This document shows positions 58,539 through 64,000 of a stretch of DNA of 64,000 bases, piece after piece (position 1 is the first letter of the stretch; the number at the start of each line of letters is the position of its first letter). The notes under the pieces were generated by a model. It had not been told where the DNA came from. It saw nothing but the letters and a program-made list of their open reading frames with translations, and did no database searches. Location of the stretch: positions 2,304,001 to 2,368,000 of the forward strand of contig OY782781.1 of the NCBI GenBank assembly GCA_963678315.1, in the 5' to 3' direction. The stretch is from Candidatus Cloacimonadales bacterium (GTDB lineage Bacteria; Cloacimonadota; Cloacimonadia; Cloacimonadales; JAFGVF01). Both the position numbers and the translations under genes were made by a program.

Positions 58539-59736
58539 AAAATTTGATTTACAACTCTTTTTAGCCTGGTTTTTCTTAGTTAGTTTCGGAGTGATATCAA
58601 TATATTCTGCTTCAGTAACAACTTTAGCCGACTATGTAGAAATTAATAATTTTTGGCTTAAGCAATTAGTTTTCTTTATAATAGTTATTCCAGTAATGTA
58701 TTTGGTTCTAAAAATTCCATACTACATAATTGACCATTTAATCATTCCTGGTTATTTATTTTCTATTCTATTACTATTAATTGTTCTATTTACTCCTGAG
58801 ATTAATGGATCACATCGATGGATTAATCTAGGTGGTTTTAATCTTCAACCTTCAGAGTTTGCCAAATTATTGACTATTCTGACGATTGCCAAAACTATCT
58901 CACGACCTCAGTTGTCTGAAATTAAAATTATCACTTACGGTTTACTGGTTAATATTGTACCAGTTGCCTTAATCATGTTAGAACCAGATTTTGGAACTAC
59001 TTTAGTTTTTTGGGTGAGTTTGATTAGTATGTACTTAGCTGCTGGAATTCCTTTTACTTATCTCTTTTTGATGATCTCCCCTATTATAGCTCTAAGTTTA
59101 GTTATTTTATCTCCGATAGCCTCATTAGCATTTATTTGTTTATTTGCTTTTATTCTATACAAGTGGAAATTCAATTGGCTAATTCAATGTTTATCTTTTA
59201 TAAGTAATGTTTTTGCATCTATATTATTCTGGCAAATACTTAAGCCCTATCAGATTTCTAGAATTTTAACCTTTATCGACCCAACAAGAGACCCATTAGG
59301 AGCTGGTTACCAAGTAATCCAAGCTAATATCGCTATCGGGTCAGGAGGTTTGTATGGTAAAGGCTTCTTAAATGGGACTCAAAAGAACTTAGACTTCCTT
59401 CCTGAACATCATACAGACTTCATATTTTCTGTGATTGGTGAAGAAATGGGGTTCATTTTTTCAGCCTTCTTACTCCTACTTTTTTTCTTTTTATTATGGA
59501 GAATAATAAAATCTATTGACAAAATACTTGTTCCTGAGCGTAAAATAGCATCAGTTGGTATTTTTACATATATCTTATTTCAAGTCTTCGTTAATATTGG
59601 TATGAATATCGGTATTGTACCAACTACAGGTGTACCTTTACCTTTTATTAGCTATGGTGGTTCTAATCTAATGATTAATTCATTATCTATTGCTTTTATT
59701 CAAAAATATTTAGTTGAAAAAGGATTTTTAAAATGA
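58525..59736 (+). CDS. rodA: Rod shape-determining SEDS protein RodA
   Basis: RWI..QPSEFAK, EPDFGT, GYQ..Q..IAIGSGG, LPEHHTDFIF, GVPLPFISYGGS. Confidence 0.96.
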   Translation: MIKNKKFDLQLFLAWFFLVSFGVISIYSASVTTLADYVEINNFWLKQLVFFIIVIPVMYLVLKIPYYIIDHLIIPGYLFSILLLLIVLFTPEINGSHRWINLGGFNLQPSEFAKLLTILTIAKTISRPQLSEIKIITYGLLVNIVPVALIMLEPDFGTTLVFWVSLISMYLAAGIPFTYLFLMISPIIALSLVILSPIASLAFICLFAFILYKWKFNWLIQCLSFISNVFASILFWQILKPYQISRILTFIDPTRDPLGAGYQVIQANIAIGSGGLYGKGFLNGTQKNLDFLPEHHTDFIFSVIGEEMGFIFSAFLLLLFFFLLWRIIKSIDKILVPERKIASVGIFTYILFQVFVNIGMNIGIVPTTGVPLPFISYGGSNLMINSLSIAFIQKYLVEKGFLK

Positions 59737-60317
59737 GAATTAAGTTTTATCTTTTATTTGTATTGCTTCTATTACTTCTAGCTTGTGCTAACCAATCTAA
59801 ACTTCAGATTATTGATGCTATTGAAGATCAGAAACCAAATCTAATCTTCAATGGAAGCTTTGAAACTGAGACTGAAATAGTTGATAGTAGTTATCCCGGT
59901 TGGATTTTTGACTATGATAAAGTTGACCAAATAACTACAGATTCAGATAGAGCTAAAGATGGTAACTATTCTCTTAAATTCCTTTACCCAAAAAACGATG
60001 TTCTTATGGTTTCTGATTCTTTTGAAGTGTATCACAGGAATGGTTATGGAATTAAACTATCAGGTTTGTCACTTAATGAAGATATACCTATAGAAGTTAA
60101 GTTTATTACCTTTAATGATTCTGGTGAAATTGTATCTAAGTATGTTTCAAATGCTACTGTTTCTAAAGGCAAGTGGTCTACTTTCTATTTCAAAGCTCAG
60201 TATCTTAAAACTAGTTCTAAATATGCTAGAATCTTTATTAATATCCCTAAGAACAATTCTGTATTGTTTTTAGATGATGTTGCTTGCTATAATATTTTCA
60301 AATTCTTAAAAAAATAA
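59733..60317 (+). CDS. Lipoprotein with a carbohydrate-binding-module-like (CBM4/9, galactose-binding fold) domain
   Basis: Lipobox LLAC; NLIFNGSFE...PGW...AKDGNYSL...LFLDDV. Confidence 0.65.
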   Translation: MRIKFYLLFVLLLLLLACANQSKLQIIDAIEDQKPNLIFNGSFETETEIVDSSYPGWIFDYDKVDQITTDSDRAKDGNYSLKFLYPKNDVLMVSDSFEVYHRNGYGIKLSGLSLNEDIPIEVKFITFNDSGEIVSKYVSNATVSKGKWSTFYFKAQYLKTSSKYARIFINIPKNNSVLFLDDVACYNIFKFLKK

Positions 60318-60345
60318 TGTAACATACACTTTAAAACTCCGTTGT
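60318..60345 (+). promoter_or_regulatory. ECF sigma factor-type promoter for degP/htrA
   Basis: TGTAAC (60318-60323)-N16-CGTT (60340-60343) matches the AAC...CGT ECF consensus, upstream of a gene class commonly under ECF control. Confidence 0.6.
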
Positions 60346-60374
60346 ATTTAAAAAAAGTATAACGGAGTTTTTTT
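60333..60374 (+). terminator. Terminator of the mre operon that also sequesters the degP Shine-Dalgarno
   Basis: AAAACTCCGTTGTATTT...AAGTATAACGGAGTTTT stem (17 bp, two G:U) followed by a T-tract; SD GGAG at 60364-60367 is in the 3' arm. Confidence 0.7.
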
Positions 60375-61823
60375 ATGTCTAGATTAACAAAAAGAAATTT
60401 ACTTAGCTTAGTTTTAGTTGTTTTTAGTGTGTCTTACCTTTTAGCTTCTGCTAGAAGTCCATTTGTCGAGGTAGTCAAACAAAATCGTAATGCTGTTGTA
60501 CAAATAAAAGTTGAAGCAACCATCAAAACTAACAATAACATGTCTCCTTTTGGTAATGACGACTTTTTTAAGTTCTATTTCCCCCAACTTCCAGAAAGTA
60601 GACCTTATGTTTCTTTAGGTAGTGGCTTTATATTTAATTACAACAAGTCTGATAATACAGCCTACATAATGACAAATAACCACGTTGTTGATAAAGGTAA
60701 AGATGGTAAAATAACAGTAACTTTAGCAGATAAAAAAAGCGTTGAAGCTGAGATAGTTGGATTAGACCCTGATACTGATTTAGCTGTTATAAAGATAGAA
60801 GTTCCTGAAAATGAGAAAATAAATACTCTAGAATTTGGTAATTCAGACCAATTAGAGATTGGAGAATGGGCAATTGCTATAGGTAACCCATTTGGTGATA
60901 GTGGTCTTGAAAGAACTGTAACCGTTGGGGTTGTTTCCGCCTTAGGCAGAGCAGGATTTAAATTCGGAAACCAATCTCCAGTATTCCAAGATTTTATTCA
61001 AACTGATGCAGCAATTAATCCAGGTAATAGTGGTGGCCCTCTTTTAGATATAGATGGAAAAGTTATAGGAATCAATGCTGCAATCACTTCAACTAGCGGT
61101 GGAAATGTTGGTATTGGCTTTGCTATTCCTCAGTCTATTGCTGAGAAAGTTGCCAGTGATTTGATGGAATATGGTTATGTTAAGAGAGCATATTTAGGAA
61201 TTATTCCCCAAGAGATTACTGAAGATCTGAGAATTAACCTTGATTTAGTTGACCTTAAAGGTGTCTTAATTGCTAAAGTAGAAGATGATTCTCCAGCTGC
61301 TAAAGCTAAACTAGAGGAAGGTGATGTTATTATTGAGTTAAATGGTGCTAAAGTTCAGAATGTACATAAGTTTAGATCTAAAATAGCTCATACTGATATA
61401 AATTCTCCTATCGATATTACAATAATTCGTAATCATAAAAGAAAACATATAGAAACAAAACTTGATGAGCATCCTAGTTACATCAAGGATAATAATGACA
61501 GTTCAGACAAGCCATCTTTTGAATTAGGCATCGAGGTTGAATCATTAGATAGTGAATTTGCAAGCAAATTCAGAAATTCAATAGATACTGGTGTTATAGT
61601 TAAATCTTTAAGTCCTGGTTCTTATGGACAAGCCTCTTCCCTACAAGTCGGAGATGTAATTCTTGAAGTTAATGGTACAGATATTGAAACTGTAGATGAT
61701 TTTAATCAACAAATAGACAAACTTCTAGCTTCAGATGATGCTGTCATCAAGGTTCTGCTTCGTGTAGCTCTTAAGAATAACAATCGATTTGTTCGATATA
61801 TTGCCTTAAACTTATCAAAATAA
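60375..61823 (+). CDS. degP: DegP/HtrA serine protease with two PDZ domains
   Basis: Signal peptide; LGSGF, TNNHVV, TDLAVIK, QTDAAINPGNSGGPL; two PDZ domains. Confidence 0.93.
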   Translation: MSRLTKRNLLSLVLVVFSVSYLLASARSPFVEVVKQNRNAVVQIKVEATIKTNNNMSPFGNDDFFKFYFPQLPESRPYVSLGSGFIFNYNKSDNTAYIMTNNHVVDKGKDGKITVTLADKKSVEAEIVGLDPDTDLAVIKIEVPENEKINTLEFGNSDQLEIGEWAIAIGNPFGDSGLERTVTVGVVSALGRAGFKFGNQSPVFQDFIQTDAAINPGNSGGPLLDIDGKVIGINAAITSTSGGNVGIGFAIPQSIAEKVASDLMEYGYVKRAYLGIIPQEITEDLRINLDLVDLKGVLIAKVEDDSPAAKAKLEEGDVIIELNGAKVQNVHKFRSKIAHTDINSPIDITIIRNHKRKHIETKLDEHPSYIKDNNDSSDKPSFELGIEVESLDSEFASKFRNSIDTGVIVKSLSPGSYGQASSLQVGDVILEVNGTDIETVDDFNQQIDKLLASDDAVIKVLLRVALKNNNRFVRYIALNLSK

Positions 61824-61837
61824 ATTAATTTATGTAT

Positions 61838-61877
61838 TAGGCATTAACCCCATATAAAGCACAAGGTTAAAGCCTAC
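61838..61877. repeat. REP-like hairpin
   Basis: TAGGCATTAACC...GGTTAAAGCCTAC; the reverse complement starts with GTAG followed by the stem. Confidence 0.4.
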
Positions 61878-61890
61878 AAGCAAACTAGTA

Positions 61891-61927
61891 AGAGAGAATA
61901 TCAGTAATGTTATTCTCTCTTTTTTTT
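61891..61927 (+). terminator. Intrinsic terminator after degP
   Basis: AGAGAGAATA-N10-TATTCTCTCT followed by a T-tract. Confidence 0.82.
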
Positions 61928-61956
61928 GATTCTATAATTTTTGGGACATATAAGGT

Positions 61957-62014
61957 CACCCTTACTTGCCTCTTTGAAAAATCGGCCTTTTTTCAATGAG
62001 ACCCTTAAGGCAGG
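61957..62014. repeat. Dispersed palindromic repeat, copy C (opposite orientation)
   Basis: Reverse complement CCTGCCTTAAGGGTCTCATTGAAAAAAGGCCGATTTTTCAAAGAGGCAAGTAAGGGTG aligns with copies A and B. Confidence 0.85.
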
Positions 62015-62138
62015 AGTTAGACAGTGTTAAGCTTTAATCTTGATTATAATTAATATTTAACCTAAAATAAGTTGACTATAATTTACTTTTAAGTTAATAA
62101 TGTAATTTATCGATAATCACTAAGATTGGAAGGTTATA

Positions 62139-63269
62139 ATGTACTTTAAATGCACTAATTGTGGCAAGACTTATGCTACAGAAAGAATAGAATATTTGTG
62201 TCCTGTATGCTCAAAAGATTGGCTTCCAGGCAAGCAAATGATTGGACAATTAGAGCTGTGTTATACAGACGAAGACTCAGAAAAAATAAAAGACGATTAT
62301 ACTATTGAAGACTTCTTCCCATTTGAAAGTAAAGATTATCTTGATATTCCTGTTGGTAATACTCCATTTTACAAATCAAAAAATTTAAGCAAAAAGTATA
62401 ATTTAGAAGTATTTATTAAGAACGATACAGTTAATCCTACAGCTTCCTATAAAGATAGGGCATCATATATTGTTGCAGCACAAGCAAAGCATTTTAATAT
62501 TAAGCAAATTGTTTGTGCGTCTACAGGTAATGCTGGGAGTTCTTTAGCTGGGATATGTGCTTCTGACAATTTAAGAGCAAAAGTATTTATTCCTGAAAGT
62601 GCACCATTAGGGAAAAGAGCTCAGAATATAGCTTATGATGCAGATTTAACTTTAGTAAACGGGAACTATGATTTAGCTTATCGAGAGTCTTATCAATATT
62701 CATTGAAAAACAAATGCATCAATAGAAATACAGGCTATAACCCATACACGATTGAAGGTAAGAAGACTTGTTCTTTAGAAATTATTCAGCAAAACAATAT
62801 GAAAGTGCCTGATTATGTTGTGGTTCCGGTTGGTGATGGCGTAATAATATCAGGAATTTACAAGGGATTTAAAGACCTTCTAGACCTAAATATTATCGAT
62901 AATCTACCCAAGATTATTGGGATACAAAGTGATAAATCTGATGCTATTTATCGCTATTGGAAAAGTGATACATACACTGTTCTAGAAAATTCAGATACAA
63001 TTGCAGATTCTATTAGTGTAAACAATCCAGCATGTGCTAATCTTGCTTTAAGAGCTATAAGAGAGTCTGATGGCTTTTTCATGTTGGTAAAAGATGAAAA
63101 TATTAAGAAGTTTCAAATAGAGTTTGCAAGCGAAACAGGTATTTTCTGTGAGCCGGCCTCTGCTGTATCAATGCAATTTTTAAAAGAGATTAAAGAATTA
63201 ACAGCTACAACTCAGATTGTCTTAATTATTACAGGGCATGGGTTAAAAGATTATAAATCAGTATTATAA
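62139..63269 (+). CDS. thrC: Threonine synthase-like PLP enzyme (fold type II) with N-terminal Zn ribbon
   Basis: CTNC...CPVC, GNTP, NPTASYKDR (PLP Lys), ASTGNAG, VPVGDG, EPASA, ITGHGLKD. Confidence 0.85.
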   Translation: MYFKCTNCGKTYATERIEYLCPVCSKDWLPGKQMIGQLELCYTDEDSEKIKDDYTIEDFFPFESKDYLDIPVGNTPFYKSKNLSKKYNLEVFIKNDTVNPTASYKDRASYIVAAQAKHFNIKQIVCASTGNAGSSLAGICASDNLRAKVFIPESAPLGKRAQNIAYDADLTLVNGNYDLAYRESYQYSLKNKCINRNTGYNPYTIEGKKTCSLEIIQQNNMKVPDYVVVPVGDGVIISGIYKGFKDLLDLNIIDNLPKIIGIQSDKSDAIYRYWKSDTYTVLENSDTIADSISVNNPACANLALRAIRESDGFFMLVKDENIKKFQIEFASETGIFCEPASAVSMQFLKEIKELTATTQIVLIITGHGLKDYKSVL

Positions 63270-63278
63270 TGAGGATAT

Positions 63279-64000
63279 ATGAAGTTATTAAAGAACTGTA
63301 GAATACTAAATAAGGATGAATTTCAAAATCTAGATATTTTGATTAAAGATGATACTATTGTTAAGGTTGGTGATATTGAAGCTAATTCTAATTATCAAGT
63401 AATTGATGCTGAATACAATTATGTATTACCAGGATTTCTTGATTTTCATGTTCATTTGGAAGATAAAATTAATGGTTTTAATATAAAAGATACTTATGAA
63501 TCTGGCACTAAAAATGCTTTATTGAATGGGATAACTACAATAATGAGTTTCATCACACAAGGAAAGAATGAGACACTTCATCAAGCGATAGATCGTGTAC
63601 ATTCTAAAGCCAAGAATAATCTATGGATTGATGTCGGATGGCATCTAACACCAACTAAATTTGATGAAAAAGCTTATGGTGAGATACAAGAAACAATTGA
63701 TGATGGAGCATGTTCATTCAAGTTCTACACTACCTACAAAGAAGCAGGTATATACTCAAATTATGATGAGATAGAGAGGTTTGCTAGAAGTTTCAGTAAA
63801 GATAATATATTAATGATGGTCCATTGTGAAGATGATGAATCTATAAAGGTTAAAGAATCTCAATTTAATAATGTAACTATTGATAATCTTGCTAAAGTTA
63901 GAACAAAAATCGTAGAAATGAAAGCTGTTAAAAGGATTATGAAAATTGCTAAAAGAACTAATAGCTTCTTTCATATTGCCCATGTTTCTTCCAAAGAAGC
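63279..64000 (+). CDS. Dihydropyrimidinase/hydantoinase-type cyclic amidohydrolase (3' end runs off the window)
   Basis: Not in the ORF track. ATG 63279 after GAGG gives MKLLKNCRI...LPGFLDFHVH...DTYESGT...GITT...SFKFYTTY...VHCED...HIAHVSS. Confidence 0.82.
   Translation, partial: MKLLKNCRILNKDEFQNLDILIKDDTIVKVGDIEANSNYQVIDAEYNYVLPGFLDFHVHLEDKINGFNIKDTYESGTKNALLNGITTIMSFITQGKNETLHQAIDRVHSKAKNNLWIDVGWHLTPTKFDEKAYGEIQETIDDGACSFKFYTTYKEAGIYSNYDEIERFARSFSKDNILMMVHCEDDESIKVKESQFNNVTIDNLAKVRTKIVEMKAVKRIMKIAKRTNSFFHIAHVSSKE

Noticed and set aside
34081..61920. Similarity between the hairpins at 34081-34108 and 61891-61920 (AGAGAG.AT..CAGTAA....T.CTCTCT)
   Set aside because: Both sit at gene 3' ends with T-tracts and are adequately explained as intrinsic terminators; too short to claim a second repeat family.

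Overview
AT-rich bacterial chromosomal window from a diderm, based on outer-membrane beta-barrels, Wza, OmpA, LolC/E and MlaE. Gene content suggests an FCB-group anaerobe such as Cloacimonadota, but that assignment is an unverified impression. Most of the window is housekeeping: trmL, dnaB, coaD, pepP, tkt, ribH-nusB, an S1-domain protein, lysS, serC, maf, tsaB, mreBCD-mrdA-rodA, degP/htrA, a thrC-like gene and a partial dihydropyrimidinase. Two accessory blocks stand out. (1) A 15-gene, ~18.5 kb minus-strand Wzx/Wzy exopolysaccharide locus (14857-33367). It has a Vibrio syp-like parts list (STAS + OmpA + Wza + Wzc + ligase/polymerase + flippase + priming transferase). It also contains two apparently inactive phosphoglycosyl-transferase domains, a degenerate nucleotidyl-transferase, a Pol-beta-type nucleotidyltransferase and a uridine kinase. 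(2) A three-gene operon (47856-53708) encoding a ComEA-type double helix-hairpin-helix protein fused to a predicted outer-membrane barrel, a FadL/PorV-like barrel and an exported 5'-nucleotidase, a candidate DNA/nucleotide-scavenging system. Non-coding signals include a dispersed ~55-bp palindromic repeat family (3 clear copies plus 1 variant), a hairpin-dense intergenic tract (33600-34110), and an ECF-sigma-type promoter overlapping a terminator/SD-sequestering hairpin upstream of degP. No rRNA, tRNA, CRISPR array or transposase was recognised. All functional calls come from motif recognition by eye; no searches were run.
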